From positions 3,844,001 through 3,908,000 of the forward strand of contig OX337229.1 in NCBI GenBank assembly GCA_946965045.2: a stretch of DNA of 64,000 nucleotides, in the 5' to 3' direction. The position numbers and the translations under genes are program-made. The notes under the pieces were generated by a model, which saw only the letters and a program-made list of their open reading frames with translations, searched no databases and had not been told where the DNA came from. This document shows, in pieces, positions 43,075 through 56,002 of this stretch. The DNA is from Epithemia pelagica. Taxonomy: Eukaryota; Protista; Bacillariophyta. How positions within the stretch are numbered: position 1 is the first letter of the stretch; every line of letters starts with the position of its first letter.

Positions 43075-43826
43075 AGATTGGGATTGGGCGGTGGTTGGTG
43101 CTTCGTGTCCGAGGTGTCACGAGCATCTTACTCGTACCAACTACTGTAACGCAGTCCACGTCCACGTGGATGGACTCCTTGCTACGTACTACATTGTACT
43201 AATTACTACTTACTACTTACTACCGGTAAAAGTAGAGACGGCGAGGGTGCCGAGTGCAGAGTGCAGAGGGGAGTGTTTTGTCAGTCACGAGTGATCGGCA
43301 GTGGCGTCAAAAAAATACGCGTCGGCTGTCGGCTAATATTTTAGGCCTTTTCTCCGCATCGGGGCCTATATGCAATATTATGCCCGCTTGTGCGCAGTAC
43401 GGGTACGAGTTGAGGCCTACTACTAGTCACAAACGCTTTTTTAACGTATTTCGAAACGTGTTGTCGAAGTACAAAGACGATCAACGAAAAAAGTCAGCGA
43501 GCCCCGAGCAAAACCGAAGCCCGAACAACTGCTTGGGCACTCTCTAGCTTTTCTTCTTTCAGTTTTGTACTGAAACTTCTGTGTAACAGTCACAGTCCCG
43601 CCATACGGAACATTTCCATCGCGGAGAAGACTTCTCCGCCGAAGTAGGTGAGCAGTTGATGAGCAAGAAGCACACCACACACCACCCACAAGAAGCAATC
43701 CCCTGCCCAGCGACGTCTCTCGTGTTTGCGTTGCACCTGTTGCTGGAAGACCATATTCTTTTCTCTTTCTCTCCGTCGTGTGCTCATTTCACTTTGAACA
43801 AGAACCTGAACATCACTCTGATAACC

Positions 43827-44552
43827 ATGAGCAACCAACCACAAGCAGCACCAAATGCCTCAGAGCCTCGCCTATGTAAAATGGGTTGTGGATTTTTTGT
43901 AAGTTGAGATGGAGCGTTGATGGACCACGGCTGTTGAGCCGTCTTGTCGTGGAATTCCGAACGATGGACAAACACCGCAATCACGAACGCGACAAATTCC
44001 GTAACACCAGGAGCGCATGTTACTATTACCGTTGGATACAATTGTTATTCATCAAATCAAAAATGGAGTCTAGGTGCTCGATTGGATAATGCTGGACCGC
44101 TGCTGAGATGTGTTTTTGTTTGCTTGGTGTCGTCGCACTGAAGCATTATACATGACTCATGACTCGTACTTCTGACCATGTCTTGTTTTCTCTATTTTCA
44201 GGGAAGTGGAGCTACCGGAGATTGCTGTTCAAAATGCTGGAGCGAGCAACAGAAAAAGGCGGAAGAGGCAGCCGTGATGGAATGTAAGCCTGTAACAGAG
44301 TCATCGTCCCCAATGGAAATCGATGATGTACCGGCTGTTCCAGCTACGAAACCGGAAGAAATAACAACATCAGTGGAAAAAACTGTTTCCGCGGATGCTG
44401 CGCCAGCAAAGAAGAAAAAGAAGAAGGCAAACTACAAAAATATGATGGCAGGCATGATGAAGAGCAACCCGACACGAGATGTTGAGAAAGAGAAGGAACA
44501 ACTACGGAAAGTTACTGGTGGGGGTGCCTTCTCAAAGATTGACAAGATTTGA
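43827..44552 (+). CDS. A20-type zinc finger protein; 2 exons (intron 43899-44201)
   Basis: Spliced PRLCKMGCGFF|GSGATGDCCSKCW matches the A20 pattern C-x3-CGFFG-x5/6-CSKC; no AN1 finger. Confidence 0.8.
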
Positions 44553-45247
44553 ACACAGCAATGTCTGTTTTCCCACAGCCTGAGGCGAAATCAATTCTCT
44601 TGTAAAAATATATGAAACGCGCGGGGCGTCTCTTGTCCTCGTGTCCCCGCCCGTAATGGGCTTCTTGTTTGCCCCGCAATAATTACTGGCTGGTCTTCAC
44701 TGCTTTTTTCTTGTTCGGAGTAAAATGTTCCAATAAGACCTAAAGTAGCGCAATGAACAGCCGTAGAGATCAGCTCTCATGACATTTTTGAGTGAACTGG
44801 GAACGAATCACTGTTGTGATGTTTCTCTTTTGTGAAGCTCTTTTTTTTTGAGAGTTGCTTCGTGTCCGTGAATTACCTAGGCTTTAAACTTCTCTTTATT
44901 CCTATACAGTGACGATGGGACCTTCCACGTCGGATGCACTGGAAGTTATGTCAAAGCATTCACCTGGCAGATTGATTACGGAGCGTGCCTTTGACTGCAT
45001 CTCGCCTATGAGGATGCTCGATATGCAGCAAGCCAAAATAAATCCATCTCACAACAAGTGTAGTTTGTCTTCATGTGGGATTGAACTGGTCTTTCTGGGG
45101 ATGTGAATAATCTGGACTGATATGGGCGTAAAACGAGTAACAAGAAATGGGTGATGATAGGAGTATGAGGTATATGCATACATTTACTAAAGCTTTCAGG
45201 TTCTGGCTCGAACGGAGACAACTAAATTTGGCATGTAGTTTACAGAT

Positions 45248-46002
45248 TCATGAAGTGTACAATTCTCCATATTGTTGGAGGGGTTTTGCGTATCTTGCAT
45301 CAAGAGAAACAGGGGATATTCGTGGGTCAACGTGCGGCTGAATAGATGGAGCGCCAGAGGCTGACCCAACACTTCTCAGCCGTGGAATGGAAGGAGGAGA
45401 GCCTGGTGGTGATTGTCGAACGCCAGTCAAGTCAATCGGAGACATGCGAGAGCCTGTTGGAGTTACCACAATCGGTCTACCATGTTTGTCTTCGGCGTAC
45501 TTAAATCCAACAGCTACGGCGAGTGGTTTTTTCCTCCGGCTTGTTGTTCGACGAGTTTCTTGTGACGGTGAATTCTTCAAAGTTGAGGCATCGTGGGAAC
45601 CGACACTTCTAGTCCTTCTCAGTGGTGCTTCGTCCGGTACGACCTTCCCTCCACTGCGGCCAGCGTCGCAACAGGCTGGGATGCCATCGCCACAAAAACA
45701 ACCCTGCAAAGAAAAGAAGATCCAAGATGAGCAAATGAAGTGGACGAGCCCACGAAGAACAAAGAGGTCACTTGACGTACATTTTGATAGCCATCAGAAA
45801 AAGCAGCGAGGAAAAAATCTCGGAACACAGATATATTCGTCCATACACTCGAACTCCCATGGTCGTACGCTTCGATTTCTACGTGCTCGGGAGACTCCGT
45901 ATCATCCCTCTCCGCTGGCGGTCTCTGCACGGCGCCAGTGGCATCTACCGGTGGTACGTAGCCTCGATCTCCCATTGCTGTTTGTTGTTCGACGAGAAGC
46001 AT
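45248..46002 (-). CDS. Hypothetical S/P/R-rich protein; probable intron 45704-45846
   Basis: Two minus-strand ORFs can be joined by a phase-0 GTATGG...TTGCAG intron; no known domain. Confidence 0.4.
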
Positions 46003-46482
46003 CTTCTGTTGTTGCAAACAGAATGGTTTCTCCTCGAAACAAGCAATATATAGGATGCTAATGGAACAAGAAGAACAAGAGCTCCTCTGTCGTGTCGGGT
46101 GTAGTATTGAGTCCGCTCTTGTGTGATTCTAGAGCTCTTGCAGAAGTCAAAAATATATGACTCCGCACGCTTTCGTTTGAGATCTCAACGGACGGGGTGC
46201 ATGAATTTCAGGACATAACGCAAAACATAAATTATAGTAATTAGGAAATATTAACGGTCGAGAAACAGTCACCCTAATTGTCTGTCTGGAGCTCGTCAAT
46301 AAGTCGTGTACAGAGCAAACAAACGCGCACAATTGGCGCACCCCCCAAAAAGAAAGAAATGGAGTACTTCGGGGGCTCCTCGGGCCCCGTAATGAAAATA
46401 CCACCCCACAAATCGAAAAAGCCAAAAAAAACACCAACCACCAACCCGTAACAAATCACAATCCAAAGGAACAACGATAAGA

Positions 46483-47223
46483 ATGAAGCTTTCCTTCATT
46501 GCGCTGGTGGTATTTGATTATTCCGAGGCGTTTTCAGTCTCATACAGGACACCCTCTGTCCAGAGTGTCATCTCGACCGCAAAACCAGGGTGGCCTTTGC
46601 GATCAGACTTCGGAACGGCGATGCCTGAAACTGTATCTCCATATGAAAGAATAGGGATCGAAGAAGAAGAACTCGCGATCGGAATCGATCCAGAGGATGT
46701 TATACAATATATCGGAACGTAAGTCTGTTGTCTGAGAATATTTTGAGCTTGGAAACAGATGTTTTGTCTCAACGAACAGATTTCTCCATCCCATTGAAGC
46801 CGAGATGAAATGGTGGAAAAAGCAATGAAAGACATTCCTTCATTCAAATCTGATGTCGCAGAAAAAGAAGTTTCGAAGTTTCTTCTGGATGGGGAAGCAC
46901 TGCAAGTCTTCATTGAGTTCAGGAAACGGAAGGCAGAGGACCCAGATTTCGTTTTACCAGCTTCGGACGATGAACCAGGTTTCTTTAGTCTACGAACGTT
47001 TGTCATTGCGTACTTGGGATACGTTGCGTATTCAACTTTTCCTGGATTCTTTAGGAAGTGGGTTGAGTCGAAGCAAGAGGCGGGGGAATGGAACGGAAGC
47101 GGTATTCCGTTCATCGACAAATGGCTTAGTGAGACTCCGGTGTTGGACGCCGTGGTAGATGCCCCCGGAGAATCCATCTCTGATTCTGTGCAATCTGTTG
47201 TGGATGCTGCGTCTAATCTGTAG
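46483..47223 (+). CDS. Hypothetical plastid membrane protein; 2 exons (intron 46719-46799)
   Basis: Leader with EAF motif; GTAAGT donor with AAG acceptor restores the frame; one TM. Confidence 0.7.
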
Positions 47224-47501
47224 ACATCCTAATGAAACTAGGCACAATAGAAATTGCGAGTAACGCTCGTTAAAGCAATTGAAAAAGGACTGCGTAATCC
47301 ATTCGACATTCCTGACCTACTCCTAGAAAATGAGGAGTAACCAATAACATTGCAATCCTAGTAATTAGAGCAATAGCATAACTCTTGAAGTTTATGTGAT
47401 CTCGCATCGGATTTTCCACGTGTAGGATCTCTAGGATCCCCTCTCCCGATCACGGACTCACGACTCGGGATTCAGAGAACGCATGTACTTTGTCAGAATA
47501 G

Positions 47502-48413
47502 ATGTCAACCATGAAGTACCTCGTCCTGTGCTTTTCTTTCTTGAGCGGCGCAATGGTATCGTCTTTCAGTCCTCCAGGGCTACAAGATCTGAGCCATAGT
47601 AGGCATCTTAGTCGTCACCAGGGCAGTAATGGTTGGAGTCCACGTGGAATACCAAATGATTTTACTCTGATGGCTAATGTGCCGATCAGATCAAATCTTT
47701 TGCGTATCCAGTCGGGTCGCTTTCGCGAGCGGGGACAGAGTTTCCTCTTGAGATTGAAGGAGATACGATCAAGAATGATTCTGAGGATGCGAACGCTGTT
47801 GATGGTTGCTTTTATGGTTTCAGTTGTCTGGGGAAACACTTTTTCTGGACTTGGCAAGATACCAGCGTCGCATGCGGCATCAACCCCTACTGCAGCATCT
47901 CCGACATTTCATGAAAAAGTAGTGGAAAACTACATCAAGAATCACATGTTTGATGATGAAAAGTATGATCCTGTTGCCTCAACTTATCGGGAAGCCCATT
48001 TCGACAACACTGTTGGTTCGCATGCAATTGCCTTGCAGGAAATAACGACATCGGTTATAGGTGAATCAGGAAAGATGGTTGGAAGGCAAGCAGAAAAGCG
48101 CGTCAATCCTGTTTCATCTTTGCTTATGTCTCTAGTGTCGTTTTTGGAGAAAAGGGGACTGAGTCAAATGAGTGCCATTCTACTTTTGACAGCCATAGTC
48201 TTCTCTGGAGCACCAGTCATTTTCCTTGTCGGCTCCATGGCTATCAGTATGATGTTCAAACGTGGAATTAATAGGGAGATGAAAGCCAGATACGGTGCAA
48301 GCTATACAATTGATGCAACGATAAAGAAAGAAGAAGACGTGGAAGCACCAGATGATGAAGACGATGAGGAAGATGATGAAGACGACAACGACACGGAGGA
48401 CAAGTCTATGTAA
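47502..48413 (+). CDS. Hypothetical plastid-targeted membrane protein with acidic tail
   Basis: Leader ...MVSSFS; two hydrophobic segments; D/E-rich C-terminus. Confidence 0.7.
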   Translation: MSTMKYLVLCFSFLSGAMVSSFSPPGLQDLSHSRHLSRHQGSNGWSPRGIPNDFTLMANVPIRSNLLRIQSGRFRERGQSFLLRLKEIRSRMILRMRTLLMVAFMVSVVWGNTFSGLGKIPASHAASTPTAASPTFHEKVVENYIKNHMFDDEKYDPVASTYREAHFDNTVGSHAIALQEITTSVIGESGKMVGRQAEKRVNPVSSLLMSLVSFLEKRGLSQMSAILLLTAIVFSGAPVIFLVGSMAISMMFKRGINREMKARYGASYTIDATIKKEEDVEAPDDEDDEEDDEDDNDTEDKSM

Positions 48414-48417
48414 GCCA

Positions 48418-49641
48418 TTACACTCCTGCTGTCTCCGACATGTTTTTTAGGAAATTGTCGACTTCTTCTTTGGTATTTTTGGTGTATGATCCCTCGGTAA
48501 AGAAAGGACCAGCGAGATGCTTGGTAGTCGGTTCGCGGTCAAGGTAGAATTCTCCACTCGTTATGTTGTCAGCTTTCGATGATACAAGCCAGCATATACC
48601 TTCTGCTCCCTCCCACGTGTTTCGGAGACTTAACTTAATCGTCAGAGATGTAAAGAGAAGAATTATGTTGAGCAGATTCATGCATAGACTTACGGTTGTA
48701 AATATTGAGTCTTTGTGTCAAACGCATCGTCCAGTCCCGGTGTATGACTCCACCCTGGATGGGCACTGACAACTTTCACGGATGGATACTCTTTCGCCCA
48801 TCTCTCTGCGAGCAATACTTGCCCACGTTTCGCAAATGCATATGCCGAAACGCCATCAAATTTTTGAGACTTATCTGCTCCGATCAACACATCCCAGGGC
48901 GGTAACTTGAAATTGTACATACCACCTTTGGAAGCGAATACGCTGTCAGACACTCCCAAGTTTCCGTCGTACAACACAGCAAAAACTCGCTCAACAACAT
49001 ACCTGACGAAACAATCACTATACGACCTTCATGAGCAGATTGCAGTTGTGGCATCAGAAGTTTTGACATCAAATATGTTCCACCCTGTAAAAACCGAATT
49101 GAGTGACAAAGCTTCAGTATTCTTCGGCACAATCAATGAGCATACGTACCAAAAGATGAGCCGCGAAAGTGGTCTCATAGCCTGCACTTGTTTCCTTCCT
49201 TTCATTGAAAAGAGCTCCTGCATTGCAAACAAGAGCATGGATTTCTTTCTCTTTGTCTTGCAGAGAAGAAGCAGCTTGTCTAACCTGATCAAGTTCGGAT
49301 ACATCAACCAAGACAACGTCCACAGAAGTATTACCGGTCTTGTCCGTGATTTCAGCACGGGCAGCTTCTGCTCTTTCTTTGTTTCGACAAAGCATATACA
49401 ACTTTGCTCCTTTGGCGGCACAGTACGTCGCCACTTCCTTACCGAGACCAGAATTTGCACCGGTAACGACAACTACTTTGCCAGAAAGGTCTACGCCGTC
49501 TGCGCCCTCTTGATTTAGTCCAATTGCAGCATTAGCCTGCACTGGCTCCGTGTATTTCTTGACATGGCGCTGATAACCCGTCTTGGTGAAATGACGCTTC
49601 CCGTACAGAAAAAATTGTGTTGAAGAAATCGCTTGTCCCAT
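48418..49641 (-). CDS. DHRS12: DHRS12-like short-chain dehydrogenase/reductase; multi-exon
   Basis: VVVTGANSGLGK, LVCNAGAL, IVIVSSG.M.Y, FDGVSAYAFAKRGQV (YxxxK), SAHPGWSHTPG and SGEFYLDR spread over four track ORFs. Confidence 0.85.
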
Positions 49642-50105
49642 CTAGAGCAGAGAGAGCACATGAATGAATATGTAAGTCGCCGCCATCGTCGTCAAAACTC
49701 AACCCAGAATGTACTCACGATTGCTCGCACGTCAAAGGATGATGTTGTTAAAGTACTCAGATTTATGATTAGAATGGAAATCAAATGGCAACCAATGCGA
49801 AACATGAAATGGATTCTTTGAGAAGCGTCGCTCGTTTCAATCGCAAAGCAGAGCTTGATGGACACATCAGCATTCAGGATCCACATTCCCCATCAAGAAC
49901 AACACAGAACACGTATCTCCCACGTAGGATAAAAGTAGATTCAGTCGCATTTAGATCACATATTCGCGCTCTCGTCGTTCACGTCGTCCTTCCGTAAGCG
50001 AGAACGGGAAAAGCATGGCTTGCACCTGATCTGAGGCAATTCCATGACAGCATCATTCTCTTTCCCTCTCATTTGACGGGTCCTTCATCACTGCACAAAA
50101 CACCT

Positions 50106-51177
50106 TCACTGGGTGACCTCTGTCTTGTTGCTTGTCCGACAAGGACCTGATGATAGCACAATGTTATCAATGAGACGGATTTGACCAATTCTACAGGCCA
50201 GAGAAACAACCAAGTCGTCTTCCTGATGAATTATCTTGTCCTCGGGAATGGGTTTCATAGTATCATTATCGTCAATTGTAATATATTGTAATTCTGTCAT
50301 CAGTGGTTCTTCCTCCAGGATAGATTGCATAGCCTGACGCATCTGCGAAGCCGATACCGGACTGTGGATTGAATTGCTATGAAGAGTTTTGGAAGTTTGC
50401 AGCGCACGATAAAGGACCCCTGCGGCAACTCGTTCTTCCGGTGATAGATATGCATTTCTACTGGACATGGCAAGCCCATCGACTTCGCGCACAGTTTCAC
50501 CAATTACAACATTTACATCCATGTCTAAATCCTGAACCAGGCGCCGAATCAAAACGCACTGAGCAGCGTCCTTTTGTCCAAAGTAAGCATTGTCAGGTTT
50601 CACTATGTTCAGCAGCTTCGTCACGATGGTGGCCACGCCGCGGAAATGGCCGGGCCGTACTCGAGCTTCTGGCAAGTGATCAAAATACGATCCACTGGGA
50701 TCGACAAACATGAGATGGCCATCACTATACATTTTTTGAGGAACGAATACCATATCGACAGATCCTGTCTCGTGCAATAGCTCGCGATCACGTTCCCATG
50801 TTCTTGGGTATCGAGACAGATCTTCGTTGGGTCCAAACTGTGTCGGATTCACAAAGATGGAAGCAACAACTACGTCGTTTTCCGTAGCTGCTTTTCTCAT
50901 CAGAGACAGATGGCCTGAATGACGTCGATGAAGCGAATGAAACGAAAGAGGATTCAGAAGTCGCAACATGAGCATTTCCGTTGTCTACGAACAAACAACA
51001 TCCCGATCTCTCCATCTCAATTCTCAATGGCTTACCTTCATGAAGAGCTCCCATTGTGGGGACAAATCCGACCGTAAGACTGGAATCCAATGCCTTGCGT
51101 GCAAGCCTCATCGTGTCTGCAGTCCGATGAACGGAAAGTCTCTTAGGAAGTGCTGAAGCTATGGCGGTGCTCAACAT
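50106..51177 (-). CDS. panC: Pantoate-beta-alanine ligase (pantothenate synthetase); 2 exons (intron 50915-51035)
   Basis: GFVPTMGALHE|GHLSL, SIFVNPTQF, RPGHFRGVATIVTKL, YFGQKDAAQ, REVDGLAMSSRN and IRLIDN. Confidence 0.95.
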
Positions 51178-51496
51178 TTTATCAGGGTTGACGTTTGACA
51201 CCAAGAGATCAACAAAGACGATGGGTGAGAAACTCGGAGAAGGTGTGGTGAGGGTGGTGTCGCGACCGGGTCCTTGTCTTTGTGGAACAAAAAAATAATT
51301 AGGGGGAAGAAGGAAGAATATCTCCACTCTCCACTGACTGCACGACGTATTCCTAAGAAATAGTACATCATACATCGCGACTCGCGACACGATCTACGCC
51401 ATCTCGTGCCTCCCCGTGCCTCGTGAGGAGTACTGTACAAACATCATCTGGATGCTGCTAGCAGCTGCTACCTACATTGTTCTTTGATGCGCTACT

Positions 51497-51576
51497 CCTC
51501 TAGCTTGCTATGGGATCTGGGATGCTCCTGCCCTGCACCTCTAGCTTGCTATGGGATCTGGGATGCTCCTGCCCTG
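51497..51576. repeat. Tandem duplication, 39-bp unit x2 (period 41)
   Basis: CCTCTAGCTTGCTATGGGATCTGGGATGCTCCTGCCCTG at 51497 and 51538. Confidence 0.9.
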
Positions 51577-51646
51577 ACTACCTAGAGAGGAGTATTTGCA
51601 AAGGAGTTTAGAACTGGGAAACGACTTCAACTGCACGAACCCTGCA

Positions 51647-52300
51647 TCAAAGCCCATTCTCAATGAATCTCATTGTTTGAAGAACCAATCCACTACATCT
51701 TCTTAGGGAAAGATTGGGGTCCGGGTTTTGCATGCATTGTTGCATTGAATCCTGCAGTGCTTCCGGTGCGACAGAGCCCATGCGGTCCAAGAGGACTGGA
51801 AACCGATGTGCCATATCTTCGGCAAGCCGCTTGTTTGACACTTGTTCAGAGGAATGCTCGTATCGTTCGGCGTCAGCCATGGCAGTCAAAATTTGGCCAT
51901 AACCGCCAGGACCTCCATCCCGTCCATCCCACCGACCTCTCTGAAATGATAGACCTAATATTAACTTGAGTTCTTCAATGTCCACAGCATCTTCTTGATC
52001 ATCCTGGGCATTTATCAACCTCTGTACAAGGGATTCCCGGGCTTCTCGACTAGAATAACGACGACGACAAATTAACGCACAGTCGTGTCCTGTTCCTTGG
52101 GCAGAGCCCCAGTTCCACGAAGCAGATGTCCATCCAGAACCTGGTATGCCATAAATCTCCTTGTTCGACTTGGATATGGACATAAGAATGCGTCCGCCTC
52201 TAGTCGGGCACCGGGAATTGATGAAGGACTCCGCTGGCTTTGAAGAAAGTAGAGAAAGGGCAACGTAGAAGAATTGAACCAGCTTGCACAACATAATCAT
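51647..52300 (-). CDS. Hypothetical plastid-targeted protein
   Basis: Leader ...PAESF; conserved-looking YGIPGSGWTSASWNWGSAQGTGHDCALICR motif. Confidence 0.7.
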   Translation of the reverse strand: MIMLCKLVQFFYVALSLLSSKPAESFINSRCPTRGGRILMSISKSNKEIYGIPGSGWTSASWNWGSAQGTGHDCALICRRRYSSREARESLVQRLINAQDDQEDAVDIEELKLILGLSFQRGRWDGRDGGPGGYGQILTAMADAERYEHSSEQVSNKRLAEDMAHRFPVLLDRMGSVAPEALQDSMQQCMQNPDPNLSLRRCSGLVLQTMRFIENGL

Positions 52301-53449
52301 TTTATATACTTCGATCTTGAGATCAGCAGTGGAAATTTTGGAATGTCGTGTTCCTCCTACTCCTCTACCCGTTATTTTCTGTGGTTCTACCTACACCAGC
52401 TTACAGTTTATTCACGGACTTAATTTGAGTCCCGTAATGGAACTCGCACCCGGATGTATCCCCGGATGTATCAAAACCGACTTTCGGCCAACAAAACGTA
52501 GCGACGCAGAGAATCGAAATCGACAGCAACAGCTAAAAGAAACATCGTTGATATTTGTTCTCATCATTCACGATGGTGAGCGTTATCCAAAGGGCAAGGG
52601 ATAGTGGTCGGTGCCCGCCTTCACTTCTTGTGGAGGATCTGGCCGATCCTGACGGCTTCGGAAGTGACGTTACAAGACTTTTGGATACTTCTGGTGCGTG
52701 CGGGATATGTAACTCCGGGTTTGGCTGTTGGCGCCGCTCAAACGTATAAGTTACATCGTGATCTTCTTGCCTTTTTAACACAATTCGTCTTATTTCCATT
52801 ATTGAAAGGTTTCGGCCTCTCCTCTGACACCAGTGCCGCGGCGGTCTTTGAATTGGCAGTAAAGGTGAGTTGAGCTTCGGATGACGCCGAGTACAATAGG
52901 TGTTTGCCCCGTGGCGGTGAGGTTGATGAGTCCTCGGAGTTGGCCGTGTTGGCCCACAATCACCGTTGATAAGATTGTACCATTCGAAGTGGAAGGTCGA
53001 GGCAATTCTCTGTCATCTATTGGAATGATGTTTCATGCACTTTCCGTCCCTAGCTTTCCCGGAACTCCGGTAAACTGGCATGTACAATGTACATGAACAT
53101 GATGAGTCACACACCCAACAAGATTGAGTCTGATCTAGTCTCTGTTGAGCACAGCGGAACTGTGTTATCTCGTTGATAGGCACAACGTAGACCCGCAAAT
53201 AGGCAGCGTAGAAGCGCCATGATAGGAAGAGACAGGCCCAGGAGGAAAATAGCTGTGTACACATTTCAATACGGGTTTTTGGGGTTCTTCCCCAAGGGAA
53301 ATTTCAACATGATCCTCGGAATTTCTAGATCAAGAACATTGGCCATTACCCATCTTCTCTGAGTTTCGACTGTGTATATTTGCCATGCTTGATATTTGCT
53401 GTGTACGAGAATTAGAGAATCTGACATAATGTGTTTGTACGCAATACAG

Positions 53450-56002
53450 AAAGCAAGCAATCTCGATGTAATTCAGGACCCAGTGCAAAGAGCATCAATT
53501 TTAGAACAGAGGAGATGTGTACTTCTGGCCATTGCAGGGTCAACTGCCCAGTCGAGTAAGACCCTTGAGCGTGTTCTTACCAACGGATTCCTTACGACCA
53601 TCAAGACTTGGCTCGATGATACTCTCAATGGTAGAATTGGTACGTCCCCTCGCTCTCGTCTCTTGATCCCACGACTTGACCTGATGATTTCGCTTTCTGC
53701 TTAACTTTTTAGGTGGGGTCGACCTCTTGCTTCATATGTTGACAAACATTGTTAATCTCCCTGTGACCAAAAGTCTTGTGAAAGATTCGGGAATGGGCAA
53801 AGCGGTGGGTGCCATCGAAAAACATTCTCTTTGTCGTGGTAGCCCGAATGAGACTGTTATACAGGAGAGGGTGGCGAACATAAAAGAAGCATGGCAAGCT
53901 AGTGTCAAAGCCCGCAAAGCGCAAGATGTCAAGGATTCTCCCGTTGTTGCTAAAGCGGTGAAGCGAGAAACGCCGTCTTCGTTACCCTCCATAAACCAAC
54001 CAGCTGTTAAGAAGGCAAAAGTAGATCGTTCCGATGATACCAAAAAGTCATCCCTTTCTTCGCTGTTGGCAAAAGTTTCGTCAGGAAATGCGATGGTGAA
54101 GCCGAAGACGTCAAGTTCATCACCAGATAACGGCATCTCCAAACCAGAAACAAGTGGTATGTACTCATAAGGAAAGTTTCCTTTAAATCGAGACTGTATC
54201 TGATAAAGTGTATTGTACAGGGGCCAAAAAGAAATCAAACAACAGGGTGAAATGGAGTGATCATTTTGGTGGAGCCTTAGAGTCGTCTCGTGTAATTGAG
54301 GGCGAAAGTGTTTCCGCTAGTGAGCCGAATGTTGCAAATGCTGTTTCGTGGACTGATCGGAAGAAACGGGACAGGGCTCGAGAAAAAGAGCTTCTAGCGA
54401 GTGTCAAGTACGTACATTATAGTCCAGACGATTTTCGGCTTAGCAGTTAAACCGACTGACCCCCTGTATATATTCAGGAAAGCAAAACTATTGGACGACG
54501 AGGAAGAAGAAACGTCAGTACCCGTTGCAAGCATGAAAGCCTCTATTCCATGGTCAATCCCATCCCTTCTTCCGGAGCGCGCAGATGTTTCTAAACCGGT
54601 GTTGAATTCTTCAGAAATTCATTCCCAAAATGAGCGTGTTAAGATGGTGAACCCAGTTCACTTCATCTCAGAAACTGATGTACCCTCTGACCCAACCCCA
54701 CTCTCTGATGTGGAACAAGCGTTAGACATGACTTCACAATCATCGTCAGTTGTAGCATCCATTCCATTTTTCGTTCCACAGCAACCTGAGCCAGCACCAG
54801 CCCCTGTTGTAGCGTCCCCACCTGTTAATGCTTATGGGGTTCCAGACGCTAGTATTCCCTCAACAACCCCGCTGACAACTTCTGTAGCTTCAACGGGTGC
54901 AACTGCTGAGTTCCTGCAGGCCCTGGGATTGCCTCTGTTCTTGCTAGGACAGGATGTTCAAGCACTCCAAACTCTGGCAAGTTCACCAGGCTTACTCTCC
55001 ACCATGGTAGACGCAACTGGAATGTATGATCAAACGCGGTTGTTAAGTTTGGTCCAGACACTTAGTGGGACCCCCAGTCACCATGAATCAGCTTCTGCAT
55101 ATAATGCGCAGAGCGGAACGATGGGTGGATATGGATCCAACCGTTCAATGTATACGCCGTCCGCAACGACATATGGAGGTGGACAATCGTCCGGTTCACA
55201 CCGTTCAAGGTCTGACGAGGGAAACCTCCATATTGCTGGGTACGGCCCAGGGACGACACAGACAGATATTATAACCTTATTCCTTCCTTATGTTAAGGTC
55301 GATGAGGTAGTGTTGAAAGGTACATTCGCGTTTGTAAATACAGCGGATCCCGTAAACGCACAACGTGCACGGGAGGCATTACAGGGAACTCTACTAAATG
55401 GAATGCCTATTCGCATCAACCCCGCTCAAAGAAAAGCGAAGGAGAACAGCTCTACGTACGGCCCATCAACCACATCAAGTTATGGGCCTAGTGTAGGAGC
55501 TGCGACACCTGCATACAATGTTGTGCCTCAACCCCCCAGTGTCCCTACTGGAAAAAGTGGTGAAGCATATTCCGCACCAACCCAGTCGGCCCCTCCTACA
55601 CAGCATCACCAACAGCCACAGCCTGTTGGTCCTCACCAGAATGTAGATCACGTGAGAGACGACCGTGGCAATCCCGCAACCAAAAATTTATTCGTAGCAG
55701 GTTACGGGCCTGGAACAACTGAGCAACAGCTCCGTGATGTGTTTAACCAGCATGCAAATGTTATTGGTGTTGTATTGAAAGGTAACTTCACATTTGTTAA
55801 CACTTCAACGCGGCAAGAAGCTGTGAACGCGCGTCAAATGCTGCAAGGAGTGACTATCAACGGAGGCACTCTTAGAATCAATTTTGCTAAGGAAACAGGT
55901 CGACTTGGTACCTCGTTTGACCTAACCTACAATCAGCAGTCTGGTCCAAATGCTAAAAGAGGGGGGCCGAATCCTCCGTCTTATTATGGCCGTGGGTTTT
56001 AG
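53450..56002 (+). CDS. PNUTS/PPP1R10-like protein (TFIIS-N-like domain, PP1 docking motif, two RRMs); introns 53640-53712, 54157-54220, 54408-54477; 5' end unresolved
   Basis: LLLHMLTNIVNLPVTKSLVKDSGMGKAV...W (TFIIS-N-like); KKKSNNRVKW (RVxW); two RRMs (NLHIAGY..GTFAFVN and NLFVAGY..GNFTFVN). Confidence 0.65.

Noticed and set aside
45387-46061. 224-aa plus-strand ORF
   Set aside because: Antisense to a more plausible spliced minus-strand gene.
52533-53264. Cluster of short ORFs upstream of the PNUTS-like gene
   Set aside because: Could not be assembled into a consistent spliced model or matched to a known family.
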